Positions 1 to 11,423 of a stretch of DNA of 64,000 bases are shown here, piece by piece; position 1 is the first letter of the stretch; the number at the start of each line of letters is the position of its first letter. The stretch spans positions 1-64,000 of the forward strand of contig CAVTCR010000010.1 of assembly GCA_963733195.1 (NCBI GenBank). The letters run 5' to 3'. Made by a program: the position numbers and the translations under genes. The notes beneath the pieces are model-generated. The model was not told where the DNA came from and did no database searches. It saw nothing but the letters and a program-made list of their open reading frames with translations. The DNA is from an uncultured delta proteobacterium (GTDB lineage Bacteria; Desulfobacterota; Binatia; Bin18).

Positions 1-580
1 AGTATAGATCAGTGCAAACACGCCGTCTTGCTGCCAGCCAATACGTACTGCGATCTCATGTACAGCCTGATTGGTTGTCGTAGGGTGACACATGAGCACG
101 GTAGTGCACGTCAGGGAGTACTCTATTATATTGGTAGACTCAGCCATAAACATACCTGATGGTGAAGGTTACCGTGTTGCCAGGTTATGAAAGGCTAAAA
201 CAAGAATACAATTCCCTAAGCCCAGACGAAAGTAGCACTGTCAGCGAGAGTGTTTGGCACTCTTATAACCCATGCTACAATGGGTCCCTTCTCTCCTGGG
301 GGGAAATGGGTCCTAGACTCCTCCCTTTGACTTTCCGCGACCCCGGGCCTCGGACGCTGGACTTCTTCCCCATTCATTATTCTGCATTCTACATTCATCA
401 TTATTTGATGACGCTGGGATTCGTCTTTGCTTCATCTCAGCCTGCGTTACTGTCAATTCTCATTTCCATGCTGTCTTCAAAATTTTCCACCATGGCTTTG
501 TGGCACGTCCGAAAGTCTCCTAGGAACTTCAGCTACTTTTCGCCTTTCCGCTGTACTTATTCTCTATCTACACCCGAAGA

Positions 581-3500
581 ATGACCACCTCGGCGACGGG
601 CCCAATTCTTGCTCATTCCTCCACATTGATGCTCAGGGCTCATGACATTATGGCGAAGATTATCCCTATCTCCCTATCGCCTCCACGCGACCGTAGAGCA
701 GACGAATCTCCCTTTATTGCTACGTTTCCCTCCCGTTTTGTCGGCAGGGAACGTGAGCTCGAGGAGTTGCGTCAAGCGTTGAGCGATGCAGCAACAGGTC
801 GAGGACGGTTGGTCTTATTAGCAGGGGAAGCCGGCATTGGCAAAACCCGTCTGGCGGAAGAATTCACACTCATTGCATTACAACGGAAAGCCGAGGTCGT
901 GTGGGGGCGCTGTTGGGAAGGAGAAGGAGCTCCTGCCTTCTGGCCGTGGCTTCAGATGCTCCGAACTCTGGTCCACGCTCGGGATACTCACCTCTTACGC
1001 AAGGAGTTGGGCGCGGGCGCGGCCGATATTGCACACGTCGTCTCAGAGCTGCGTGCACAGTTCCCTGAGATACAGCCACCAGCAGTGCTTGATCTTCAAC
1101 ATGCCCGCTTTCGTTTCTTCGATAGCGTGACGGTATTTCTGAGAAATGCCGCACGGGCGCATCCGCTCGTTCTTATTCTCGATGATCTGCACTGGGCCGA
1201 TACGCCATCGCTCTTGCTGTTACGATTCCTGGCTCGTGAGCTTGCAGGCACACACATGTGCCTCATTGGTACCTATCGCGACGGGGAAGTCGACCGTGCG
1301 CATCCCCTCGCCGACACCCTCGGCAAGCTGACCCGGGAGGGAACAATCCTCACGCTGGGTGGACTCGCTAGAAGTGAGGTCTCTCGTTTAATTGAGAACA
1401 CTCTGGGAACCACTACCACGGCCAACGTCGCGGACGCTGTGTATCAGCGAACAGAAGGAAACCCGTTTTTCGTCACCGAGATCGTCCGGCTTCTGCCGGG
1501 CGACGGGGAGAGTGCTGCGGCCCTGACACCCCTTTCTTCTTCGATTGATATGGCGATTCCGCAGCGCGTACGGCAAACGATTCGCCAACGATTAGAGCGC
1601 ATTTCTCCCGTATGCCAGCATGTGTTGGCAACCGCCGCAGTAATGGGGCAGGAGTTCAATCTCAAGATCATAGAGAGGGTAGAGGCAGGTTTGCAATCTA
1701 CTTCTACGAAAGCAACCAGGCTTGCTTCACTTGACGAGGCCCTGGACGCGCACCTCATTACGTGCCTGCCCGGGAACCTAGGGACGTATCGTTTTTCGCA
1801 TGCCCTCATTCGCGAGACGTTATATGAAGATCTGCCGCTTGGTACACGTCTCGAACTGCACCGGCAGATTGGTGTGGTGCTCGAAGCACTGGATAGAACC
1901 GATCACGAACACCACCTTGCTGAATTAGTCTACCATTTTGAGCAAGCAGCTTCTGGGGGAGAGGCGACAAAAGCGTTGACGTACGCGGTTCGTGCGGGAG
2001 AGTATGCGACTTCCCGCCTTGCCTATGAAGACGCGGTCGATCATTATGAGCGGGCGTTGCGCATGCTCGATCTGCTGGAGCCTGATGAAAAACAACGCGG
2101 TAAGCTCCTCTTGAGGTTGGGGGATGCTTGCTGGTGGGCAGGAAAAGATGCCCAGTCTCGGGAGACCTATGAGCAGGCTTTTCATCTCGCGCAACGTATA
2201 GGAGATGCAGAACTTCTTGCCCAAGCCGCACTTAGCTTCGGTCGGGTGCGAGAAGAAACGGGGGTGCTGGATTCTGTCCTCGTTGGTTTTCTCAGGGTAG
2301 CATTACAGGCTTTGGGCGATCAGCCAAGAGTTTTACGCGCCCAAGTTCTCGCCCGCCTTTCTGTTGCACTCTATTTCTCCCCTGCGGTGGACGAACGCGA
2401 GAGGCTGAGTGCGGAAGCGCTTGCCATCGCTCGCCAGCATGGCGACCGCAGAACCCTTGCCATGGCATTGATTGCACGCCATTTTGCGCTCTGGGGGCCG
2501 GACTATACGGAAGAACGATTGAGACTCGCCACGGAAGCTATCCGCTTGGCAGAAGATCTCAATGATCGCGATCTTGTACGCGAGGGACAGGCGTGGAAAA
2601 TCTTTGACTTGTTTGAAATCGGAGACAGCATTGCGCTGAGTCACGAAGTCCTGAGTTACGCGCAGCGCGGTAGCGATATCCGGATCCCGCGCTACCGGTG
2701 GCATCTGCTCCTCATCTCTGCAACCCGTGCGCTTTTGGCAGGCCGATTCGACGAAGGCGAGCGTTTAGCTCAGGAAGCCGTTGCCTGTCGGGATGAAAAC
2801 GAAGTCAACAACGCGATGCAATTCTTCGGTGTACAAATGTTTTGGCTCCGCCGTCAGCAGGGACGGGGTGCTGAACTGGAGCCTGCGGTTGCCGCCCTGG
2901 CTGCGCAATTCCCAACCCTACCTGCCTGGCGCTGTGCACTCGCACTACTCTACAGTGACCGTGGTGATTACGAAAAAGCCCGCCATGAGTTTCTGTCTCT
3001 CGCCGCACGAGACTTTACCGATTTCCCCCGCGATGCCAACTGGCTCCCTGGGCTGACGGCGCTCGCTGAAGTCTGCACTTTCCTTGGTGATAGACACCGC
3101 GCCAGCCAACTCTACACGCTGCTGCTGCCATATGCGACCCACAATATCGTCGTCGCCACCTCCGCCGCTTGTTACGGTTCGGTCGCACGTTATCTGGGAC
3201 TGCTGGCGACAACCCTCACCCGCTGGGACGAGGCCGAGGCACATTTTGCCTCCGCGCTCCATTTCAATCGCCAACTGGGTAGCCGTCCGTTTGTTGCCCA
3301 CACTGAGTGTGATTATGCTTCCATGCGGCTAGCACGTAATCAGCCAGGTGACCATGAACAGGCCCACGCTCTTTTGCAGTCCGCTTTGACGACCACACAA
3401 GAACTGGGGATGACACGGCTGAGTGAAAAAATCGAGTCTCAAATCTCAAGTCTCGCGTTCCAAGATGTGGAAGCACATAACCACCGGCCATCGTCTCCAC

Positions 3501-4142
3501 GCAAACCGTCAGACATCAACCCTTTGACGACTGTTGACTCCAAACCCTGCATCTCCAATTTTCCAGCTCCTAATCCCCAAGCCCTAACCCCTACTCTGTT
3601 CCGTCGCGAGGGTGAATACTGGACAATCGCTTATCAAGGTAGCACCTGCCGTCTCAAACAGATGCGCGGTCTTGTCTATCTTGCCCATTTGTTACGCTAC
3701 CCTCACCACGAGTTCCACTGCTTTGAATTCATCGCCCTAACCACTAAGGAAGGCCAGGCTGGCGTGACGAGTGACACCGTAGACTCCTGTGCTTGATACC
3801 CAAGCCCGCGCGGCCTATCGCCAGCGGCTGACTGATCTCCAGGAAGAGTTAGAAGAAGCGCAAGGCTTTCACGACTTAGCACGTATCGAGAAATTGCAGC
3901 AGGAGATGGATTTTCTCACCCAAGAACTCAGTGCTGCCTTAGGGTTAGGCGGGCGGACGCGGCAGGTGGCATCTCAGACAGAACGGGCCCGGGTCAACGT
4001 CACTAAAGGAATCAAAGCGGCATTGCAAAAGATCGCCGTGCTCAATCCGGAACTGGCGCAGTATCTGACGCGCACGATCAAGACCGGCACGTTTTGCTCG
4101 TACACTCCTGTCTGCCGGTTCCCCGTGCAGTGGGAATTTTAA
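581..4142 (+). CDS. STAND-type AAA ATPase/TPR transcriptional regulator (MalT-like), split by a frameshift near 3788; true start may be ATG 650
   Basis: FVGRERE, Walker A GEAGIGKT, Walker B LILDDLHWAD, TEGNPFF, TPR-like helices. C-terminal FRREGEYWTIAY... continues in ORF 3789-4142 (LDTQARAAYRQRL...ERARVNVTK...TGTFCSY). Confidence 0.85.
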
Positions 4143-4569
4143 GCCCCCAGCCGGGTGCACCACGGCCTGATGAATTTTGCTGATCATATGCGGTAATCAT
4201 CCAGTGATGCCAGTTTCTCTCTGCACAGCCACACTGTAGTAGAGATCCTGGAACCGTACGGGTTGAGCTTGTCGAAGTTCGCCCAGCGCAAAATTCTCCC
4301 TCCCACAAAAATTTCTCTTTTTCCTCGTGTTCTCGCTACGAGTCACACTGTGACTCGAAAAGTCACGCCTTAGAGATAAAGACACCGCGGTTCTGTACCG
4401 CAGAGGAGGCATACATGACGGATGACAATATCTAACACAGCGCTGGCGTAGAGGCTGCTTGCGGCGCGGGCGAAGCGATCACCCTTGGGTTCTTCTGCTT
4501 CGCACGGGTGGCAAGGGGTACAGCAAAGTCAATCAACTAGTGAAGAACCCTGATGAGGAGATCCTGATT

Positions 4570-4994
4570 ATGAGCAAGACCTTTAAGAATCGTTTGGCCA
4601 TCGCCGCCGGGACTATCAGCTTAGTATGGGGAAGCATCGCAACCGCTGCACCGCTCGCCAATGTCACCGGCACCTGGACCATTGTCGGCAATCAGCATGC
4701 CGGGTCGTTGAGAATCAGCAGCCAAACTGGTCCCTTACCGTGTCAAGCGATCAACGGTACGATCTATCCAGGCACACCGTCAGTCACGCCGTGCGCGGTT
4801 ATTACTGCCCGGCGACCGGTCGTATTGCCTTTGCCCGCAAAAATACCGCAGGTGTGGTCATTCAGACCTGGGTGGGGAACGTTTCCGATGTGATCGCGAG
4901 CGCGCCGCATCGCATGGGTGGGACTTTTCATGCGTTAGATACCGCTGCGGGTTCTGGGATCCTCGGCGAATATCACTTCCAAGGTCAGAAATAG
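4570..4994 (+). CDS. Small secreted beta-rich hypothetical protein (frameshift near 4790)
   Basis: GAGGAG RBS before ATG 4570; signal peptide MSKTFKNRLAIAAGTISLVWGSIATA; ORF 4459-4893 joins ORF 4626-4994 (RGYYCPATGRIAF...). Confidence 0.65.
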
Positions 4995-5165
4995 CGCTCT
5001 TCGCAGCCCGTTCAAGTCGGGGTTCTCCTTTCGAGCCATGCTTGAACGGGCCTCAGCCGAGGAGAAACGGCTCACCCTCACTACCCGCGGGCGCTTTTGC
5101 AGAGAACCTGAGACGGCTCCTGACGCAACGCCCGCGGCATTCTTTATACAGATCGAGTAGAGGCC

Positions 5166-6185
5166 ATGACAAAAAAGTTCTTGATCTCCGTAATCATTTT
5201 AGGTGTGTCACTTGGAGTAGGCGCGATGCTTGTCGGCATTCGCAACGACATGATTTCTCACCCTGCGCCACCCCGGGAACGGCATCGAGCGACCGCTACC
5301 AGCGACATCACCCCGGCAGGTAAACAGAATACCGAGTCCAGAGCAAAGAATAACCCGCAGCGTAGCCCAACTCCCAAAGATGTCGCCACGAGTGTAGAGC
5401 CATCACACCAACCGCGCCCTCATAGTAGCCTAGACGTTGAAGTCCAGGGTGGCGATGTGACCCTCCGTGTGGAAAACCAATCACTCAAGAAGGTATTGGG
5501 GGTCCTGGCTCAGGAGAGCGGCATCCAGATCAACGCACAACTCATCGCGGACCGACCCGTGAGCATTCAACTCATCCGCGTCCCATTTGACCGCGCGCTG
5601 CAGACCATGCTCGAATTTGAGGACAGCTTTTTCGCATTCGCAAATCAGGGAACAGCTAATGTTGCCCTAAAAGCGGTATGGGTGTTACCGGCTGGTACTG
5701 GTGAAGCCTGGCTGCCACAAACCTCCACATGCTCTCACGAACTATCCGAACTTGAACAGCAACTTACCTCTGCGCAAGCGAGCCAGCGTGCCGAGGCGCT
5801 CGAAACTCTGATCGATCTTCAGGGCCCCAACGCCTCACAGGTCGTTGTACAGGCTCTGGGAGATCAAGATGACGACGTGCGCTATCGAGTCCTGCGAAAG
5901 GTGCATGTTACCGGCCTTGCCCTTCCGCCCGAGGTCCTATCAGACCTCGTCCAGCATGACAGCGCTGAACTGGTTCGCATGATGGCCGTAGAGGTCATTG
6001 GTAACCACCCTGCTATTGATGAGCAAGACAAGATTGCCTTTGCTCGTTACGCAATCAACGATGTAAGCCCTGCGGTACAAACGCGGGCGAGTGAGATCTT
6101 AAGCCACCTCGAGTCCGCGCCTCTAATTCGTGAACAAGACCAAATGCTATATGACGAAGCAAACCGGGAAATATTTGACGAGTGA
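5166..6185 (+). CDS. Membrane-anchored protein with secretin/TonB short N-terminal-like domain and HEAT repeats
   Basis: N-terminal hydrophobic helix, VTLRVENQSLKKVLGVLAQESGI segment, HEAT-like ALGDQDDDVRYR and DVSPAVQTRA repeats. Confidence 0.7.
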   Translation: MTKKFLISVIILGVSLGVGAMLVGIRNDMISHPAPPRERHRATATSDITPAGKQNTESRAKNNPQRSPTPKDVATSVEPSHQPRPHSSLDVEVQGGDVTLRVENQSLKKVLGVLAQESGIQINAQLIADRPVSIQLIRVPFDRALQTMLEFEDSFFAFANQGTANVALKAVWVLPAGTGEAWLPQTSTCSHELSELEQQLTSAQASQRAEALETLIDLQGPNASQVVVQALGDQDDDVRYRVLRKVHVTGLALPPEVLSDLVQHDSAELVRMMAVEVIGNHPAIDEQDKIAFARYAINDVSPAVQTRASEILSHLESAPLIREQDQMLYDEANREIFDE

Positions 6186-6382
6186 TGAAGCAAATTGGAG
6201 GCTGGGTCGTGACCCAGCCTCCAGTACTCTGTCCATCTGAAACTGTTGAGTGTGTCATGGTGCTAGCGAGTTTCGTTTGCTTCCGGTACCGCGCGCGATT
6301 CCCTCACTGGATGTGTGACGAGGAGAACGATCGGCTAGTGATAGTGAAGAAGAAGGTCCCGCTAGGTAGCCAATTACGGCGA

Positions 6383-7448
6383 TAAGTACTCAAGCAAAAG
6401 TAATGCGGTATTTAGGACCGATGCCTCTGAGCACTTCAAAGAGCGCCCGAGTCATCGCCTTGAAGCTCTGATAGGCATCTAATGGTAACCACTCGTACTT
6501 GATCGTGCGCCAGAGGATTTCAATCAGGTTGAGTTCAGGACAGTAGGGAGGGATGAACTTCACCGCGAGATCCTGTGCTTGCCAGAGGAGCTTTTGCTCG
6601 GCAAAGTCATCACTGGTGTGAATCGGCGCATTATCCACCACGACCACCGCCGGGCGTTCGAGCTGCTGGCGGAAAAGATTGAAGCAGTGGATCACGATCT
6701 GGGTGTCAATGGAACCCTCAAAGGCGAAATGAATGAAATTCGTGGTGCAGGTTGAAAAAGCCCAGAATATTCTGGCGCGGGCTGTGGGAGGACGCGAGTT
6801 GAAGGGTCTGTCCCACTTTCTGCCAGGCGTAAGGGACACAGGGAGTGAGCGTGAACCCCGCTTCATCGAAATACCAGAGATCAAACTGCCGCGTGGGCTT
6901 CCGGGCTTGCGCCCGGAGGGCGGCCAGTTCGGCGTGCGCGGCGCGAAACTCCGCCTCATCCCGCAGGGACCGCAAACTCCGGCCAGGCGTTTCCACCCGT
7001 AGTCCTCCGCTGCCAATATCCGCTTGAGCGTATCCCGACTGATGATCTTGCCCACTGTGGTGGCAATGGCGGTCAGCCCCTGGCGCAGCGAGCGGGGCTC
7101 CTTGAGGGTGAGCTTGACGGCATGCTTTTGCTCTTTCTCGGTCAGCTTCGGTGGACGGCCACTGCGTGGGTCATCATCCAACCCGTCAAACTGATATTCC
7201 TCCCACCAGTCCAACCACTCGCTGACGCGATCGCGATCCACCTGATAGATGTCGGCACTTTGGTCGATCGAGTACCGCCGCTCGCTGAGGAGAATGGCGT
7301 GGGCCCGCATCCGCGTGCGTTGCGACGACTGAGATTTCATCACTTCTTTGAGCTGCTCTCGCTGCTCTTCTGTCAACGGCTGGACGAACTTTGTTGGGGT
7401 TTTCATCGCTCGCGCTATTTTACCGCAAATATTTTGCTTAAGTACTTA
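6383..7448 (-). mobile_element. IS630-family insertion sequence
   Basis: Terminal inverted repeats TAAGTACTCAAGCAAAA (from 6383) and TTTTGCTTAAGTACTTA (to 7448), one mismatch, TA dinucleotide at both ends; encloses a transposase. Confidence 0.92.
6390..7406 (-). CDS. IS630-family transposase (internal frameshifts)
   Basis: N-terminal HTH (RMRAHAILL...RSGRPPKL), YFDEAGF in alternative frame 6718-6996, VVDNAPIH and PPYCPELNLIEILW DDE motifs. Confidence 0.9.
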   Translation of the reverse strand: MKTPTKFVQPLTEEQREQLKEVMKSQSSQRTRMRAHAILLSERRYSIDQSADIYQVDRDRVSEWLDWWEEYQFDGLDDDPRSGRPPKLTEKEQKHAVKLTLKEPRSLRQGLTAIATTVGKIISRDTLKRILAAEDYGWKRLAGVCGPCGMRRSFAPRTPNWPPSGRKPGSPRGSLISGISMKRGSRSLPVSLTPGRKWDRPFNSRPPTARARIFWAFSTCTTNFIHFAFEGSIDTQIVIHCFNLFRQQLERPAVVVVDNAPIHTSDDFAEQKLLWQAQDLAVKFIPPYCPELNLIEILWRTIKYEWLPLDAYQSFKAMTRALFEVLRGIGPKYRITFA

Positions 7449-7795
7449 GTTGACCATATCCACAATTTACCCTGGATTCCGTGCCGTTCCATCCGAGCTA
7501 CGCCACTCCGCACCAGAAATGTAGCCTAGATGAAATCCAGGGAAACTTCTCACCCCGGTGTCCTGGATTCTGCTTCGCTTCATCCAGGCTACTTCGCTGT
7601 CCGCCGATCCTTAATCAAAATCACCCTTTCTCCTGTTTCCTCACAAACCTGTTCCGTCGAAGGCTCCTGCCAATAGACGGTCAACGTTTCCCCTACCTGG
7701 ATCGTGAATCACGCAGATGTAGGCTATACCGGCTCTCCTTCTTTGACCTTATCGCTCAGATAACTTGTATGGTCTGCGACAGATGCGGCGTCTTC

Positions 7796-8762
7796 CTATC
7801 CCAGAAGTCTCGTCGCATGCTTCAGCGCCTCCTCTGCCTCCGTGACGATGCGGCGGACAATCTCGGCCGCAGGGACGATGTCCCGGATCAGGCCAACGCT
7901 TTGCCCCGCGGCGGGCAGCAGTTCCTCTAACCGCCCTTGCCGGATGGCCGCCATCACTTCGCCCCGTAAGCGCTCCGCTTCCCGCTTCGCGTCCTCCCGC
8001 CGATGCCGCCATTGCTCGATAAAGGGAGAGGAGAGCGCACGAGGGACCGTGCCATAGTCACCGCTCAGCGCCGCCAAGAAATCGTTCCACACCTCCACTC
8101 TGATCGCCTCCTCGGATTCGGCCGCCAGAATCGCCTGCTTCCACTCCGCACTGATGGGCGCTTCCGTCGAGGCCAAAAACCGGGTGCCGATATTGATTCC
8201 TTGCGCGCCCAGGACGAGGGCGGCAGCCAGTCCACGACCATCGGCAATGCCTCCAGCCGCAACCACTGGAATCGGGTTGACGGCGTCCACGACTTGGGGG
8301 ATTAAAGCGAGCCCCGCGACCGTGCCGACAAAAGCCCCGGCTTCGCTCCCCTGAGCGATGATCACATCGACGCCACGCTCCGCTGCCTGCCGGGCTTGTT
8401 GCACCGTCGTCACCTGATGCATGACCAGGATGCCGGCATCATGCACCCGTTTGACCAAGTCCCCCGGATCGCTCAGCGAGAAAGAGACCAGGGCCGGCTT
8501 GGCGGCCAACGTGAGTGCGAAGGACTCTTCGTTCAGCATCGGCACCCCATAATTGACCGCGAACGGCCGCTGGGTCAGCTCACGCGTCCGCTCCAACTGT
8601 TGCCTGAGATCTTCTGGGGACCGCATCCCTGCTCCGATACTGCCCAGCCCCCCGGCATTCGAGACGGCAGCGATCAACTCCGGCCCAGCGAACGGACCCA
8701 TTGCCTGCCTGGATAACTGGGCACTCAATCCCCAACAATTCGCATACGCGGGTGTGCAACAT
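7796..8762 (-). CDS. Nitronate monooxygenase / FabK-like flavin oxidoreductase (5' frameshift)
   Basis: MLHTRVCELLGIECPVIQA start at 8762, then AAVSNAGGLG, AQGSEAGA, VAAGGIADGRG, GTRFLAS. Confidence 0.88.
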
Positions 8763-8765
8763 GAT

Positions 8766-9458
8766 TCACCTCCTTATTCCCCACCTATTCCAATGCGTGC
8801 ACTGCTGGGCGGGTGCCCGTGTCGCCGGTTTGAAATCCGCGCCGGTGAAGTACGCGACCGGCAAAAGGGCCGCCTGCGTGATGTCGGCGGGGAGGTCAAG
8901 GATCTTAGTTACCTCACGCTCACAATGTTCAATGTGTCCAGTAATCAGGACGGAGCCGAGGCCGCGCGCGCGCAGCGCCAGCATCAAGGACCACGTCGCC
9001 GGCATGATCGAACCATAGAGCGAGGCTTGCGCCCCCGGGCCAGCGGTCTCTACCCGCCCTTCGATACACGCGAGCACCAGCACCGGCACCTCATGCAGGT
9101 GATTGATGAGGTACCGCCCGGAAGCATACATCCGCTGCTGCCGGGCAAAGCGCGGATCCTCAGCGCTGACCATGTGCAGTCGCGCCAGATATGGATCAGG
9201 GGACAACGTGCCGCTGAAAATGCCGTCAGCGGTCTTTTTGACCAGCGCCGCGATCGCCGCGCGCTTCTCCGACTCGGTCACGACGACGAACTGCCAGGTC
9301 TCGCCATATAAGCCGGTGGGGGCTTGCGTGGCGATCTCGATGCAGCACTCCAGGATCTCCGGCTCAACGGGCCGCCGCAGGTCGAGGCGCTTGCGCACGG
9401 CGCGGGTAGTACTCAACACATGGTCTACGCTCGCCAGATCAATACTTGCAACATCCAT
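8766..9458 (-). CDS. Nitroreductase family protein
   Basis: TTRAVRKRLD, QAPTG...WQFVVV, SIMPATWSLMLALRARGLGS; GGAGG RBS. Confidence 0.9.
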   Translation of the reverse strand: MDVASIDLASVDHVLSTTRAVRKRLDLRRPVEPEILECCIEIATQAPTGLYGETWQFVVVTESEKRAAIAALVKKTADGIFSGTLSPDPYLARLHMVSAEDPRFARQQRMYASGRYLINHLHEVPVLVLACIEGRVETAGPGAQASLYGSIMPATWSLMLALRARGLGSVLITGHIEHCEREVTKILDLPADITQAALLPVAYFTGADFKPATRAPAQQCTHWNRWGIRR

Positions 9459-9506
9459 ACTGTACCTCCTGTAATCACTTCAATGAGGATCACCGCGCGC
9501 TTAACG
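9415..9506. repeat. 92-bp direct repeat, copy 1 (nitroreductase 5' UTR plus first ~14 codons)
   Basis: Matches 11129-11220 with 9 mismatches by manual alignment. Confidence 0.92.
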
Positions 9507-9562
9507 TCGAACACTGAGGGTCGCGAACGTAGTGAGCGTCCCACTTCAGTGTTGTGTTAGGC
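9499..9562 (-). other. attC-like integron cassette recombination site
   Basis: Minus strand reads GCCTAAC (RYYYAAC, containing the upstream gene's TAA stop) ... CACTGAAG ... CTCAGTG ... GTTAAGC (GTTRRRY); 64-bp imperfect palindrome. Confidence 0.7.
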
Positions 9563-11052
9563 GTCGCTTGATCCCTTGTGATCGCTGAACATCGCTGGCT
9601 CGGGAGACAAAACAGACTTCGGGTCGTATTTCTGCTTGGCCTCCGAGAGCCGCCGCCACACGTCGGATCCAAAATGAGCCTGCCATTCTTCGTGTGAGAG
9701 GACCATCGAGTTGGGTATATTGCGCTTCCCTCCCAACTCTGTCATCTTTGCAAGGAGTTCACGGTTACTCGCCAGCACCGCCGAGAGCGCAGCCTGATCA
9801 CCAGGGTCCACGCTGCGGAACAGCCACACGGAAAACGCCTGCTCCTCGGTGGGCACCTTGAACAGCGGACACGTAAAGCGACGGGTGTTGAGGGGAGAGC
9901 AGCTAAATGTTTCCACCCCGTTCGTCTGTGGTAATCTGGCCATCTCCGGTGACAGCGCAAAGATGTGGGAGAGGTATTCTTTGGTGGCCGAAGCCGGAAT
10001 CTACAGCGTAAGGTATGGGCTGGGACGGTTGACGGGCTGGGTGGCATTCCGAGCTTCAAACCGGTGCAGGTACTCCTGATAGGTCATCGATACTGGCGGC
10101 GTGGCGGAGTCAAATTGTAAACCAGCCTCCAGCGCAGCAAGGTTTGGCTCAGTAGGGGGCGAGAAGAACTGTCCCACCTCAATGGTGAAACTCCACTTTC
10201 CCTCCTGATTGCGGCTCATCAGGCCGCGCTGGCTATTGAAGCGACCATCGGCCGCTATGCGCAACTGATCTCCGAGGTAGTTGTCGAGATCGGTGTAAAG
10301 CAGGTTGTGGAGCATAACATGGCTGGGGGCAGGGATAAGGGGAATTCTCGCGCGCACGATGATCCCGCATTGGCCCAGGCCTGCCAGCACCATGTTGAAC
10401 AGCTCGCGCTCGTGCGCGGGCGAACAGGTGACCAGGCGGCCGTCGCCCGTAACGACATCGAGTTCGGTGACGTTGTCCACCTGCGCGCCGTACCGGTGGC
10501 TCGTGCTGCCGTGCCCACCCACGCTGAGCGTTCCCCCCACGGTGAGGGCCATGCACGTTGCTGGGAACACTCGGGGGGTCAGTCCCTTGGGGAGCGTTGC
10601 GGTCGCTACCTCCCCCCAGAGCGCGCCAAACTGCGCATCCACGCTCTCCGTGGTGGGCGTGTGCACGGCACTGAAGGTGCTCGAATCAATAACGATACCT
10701 GCCTCGGCTTGGGTTTGGCCATACGGTGAGTGACCTTGTCCCTTGATAGCGATTTTGAGCGCGTGCTGGTTCGCGTACTGCACCATCGTGATAACATCCT
10801 GAACGGAGCCCGGTCTGAGCACCGCCGCAGGGATTCGATGAAAGAGGTTGCCCCGATCGACGGCGATCGCTTGCCGGGATGCTTCATCGAACAGCAACGC
10901 GCCGTCCAGCTTCGGGACGCTTTGAAACGATGGCGTCTGGGCTTGCGCCTGCGTGACCCAGGAGCGTGCGCTAGGTCAAACCCGCCGATGGTTGCCCCGC
11001 CCACTGCTGCCGCCAGTTTGATAAACTTTCGACGGGATAAGTGCTCTTCCAT
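9557..11052 (-). CDS. Tat-exported FAD-binding oxidoreductase, cytokinin dehydrogenase-like (frameshifted)
   Basis: Tat signal SRRKFIK; PAAVLRP, GQGHSPYGQ, TVGGTLSVGG, GAQVDNVTELDVVTGDG, AGLGQCGII; C-terminal HFG...W..L...KQKYDP in ORF 9557-9943. Confidence 0.85.
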
Positions 11053-11128
11053 GGTCTCCCTCCCACTCTGATCGAAGCCGATACTTCTCGTAGACAGCAT
11101 GCGAAACCGCCTCTAAGTACGAGCGCCT

Positions 11129-11220
11129 AACACATGGTCTACGCTCGCCAGATCGATACTTGCAACATCCATACTGTCCCTCCTGTAATCGTTTCCACGA
11201 GGATCACTGCACGTTTAACG
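11129..11220. repeat. 92-bp direct repeat, copy 2 (truncated nitroreductase start)
   Basis: Encodes MDVASIDLASVDHV on the minus strand, then switches at GTT to GTTAGGC, the cassette start. Confidence 0.92.
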
Positions 11221-11226
11221 CTGATT

Positions 11227-11257
11227 GGTGGGCAACGTTTCGCTTTTCCCACCCTAC
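11227..11257 (-). repeat. GTAG-type REP-like palindrome
   Basis: Minus strand GTAG-GGTGGG-aaaagcgaaacgttg-CCCACC. Confidence 0.55.
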
Positions 11258-11385
11258 TGTACTTGAGAGTGCAGACTACATTGCATGAGCAATCTCCTCT
11301 TCTTACCGCTTGGTATCTTGAGGTTGGTCCGCCTTGCCTTTCATGTCGTGTGGGAGAAGAATAGCGAACGCGAAGATATGAAGTC

Positions 11386-11423
11386 GTGAGCAAATAGTGA
11401 GATTTCGGTGAGTTTTTGGTGAG
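11386..11423. promoter_or_regulatory. Four GTGAG direct repeats phased at 11 bp (putative wHTH regulator binding array)
   Basis: GTGAG starts at 11386, 11397, 11408 and 11419, in the divergent region before the wHTH-STAND regulator. Confidence 0.6.

Noticed and set aside
159-584. 141-aa ORF
   Set aside because: Crosses a low-complexity heptamer run, no recognisable motif; likely intergenic.
4430-4500. ATCTAAC as the start of another attC site
   Set aside because: No matching GTTRRRY or inner inverted repeat at a suitable distance.
6718-6996. Programmed frameshift in the IS630 transposase
   Set aside because: Two compensating shifts and no clear slippery run; cannot be distinguished from the general indel noise.
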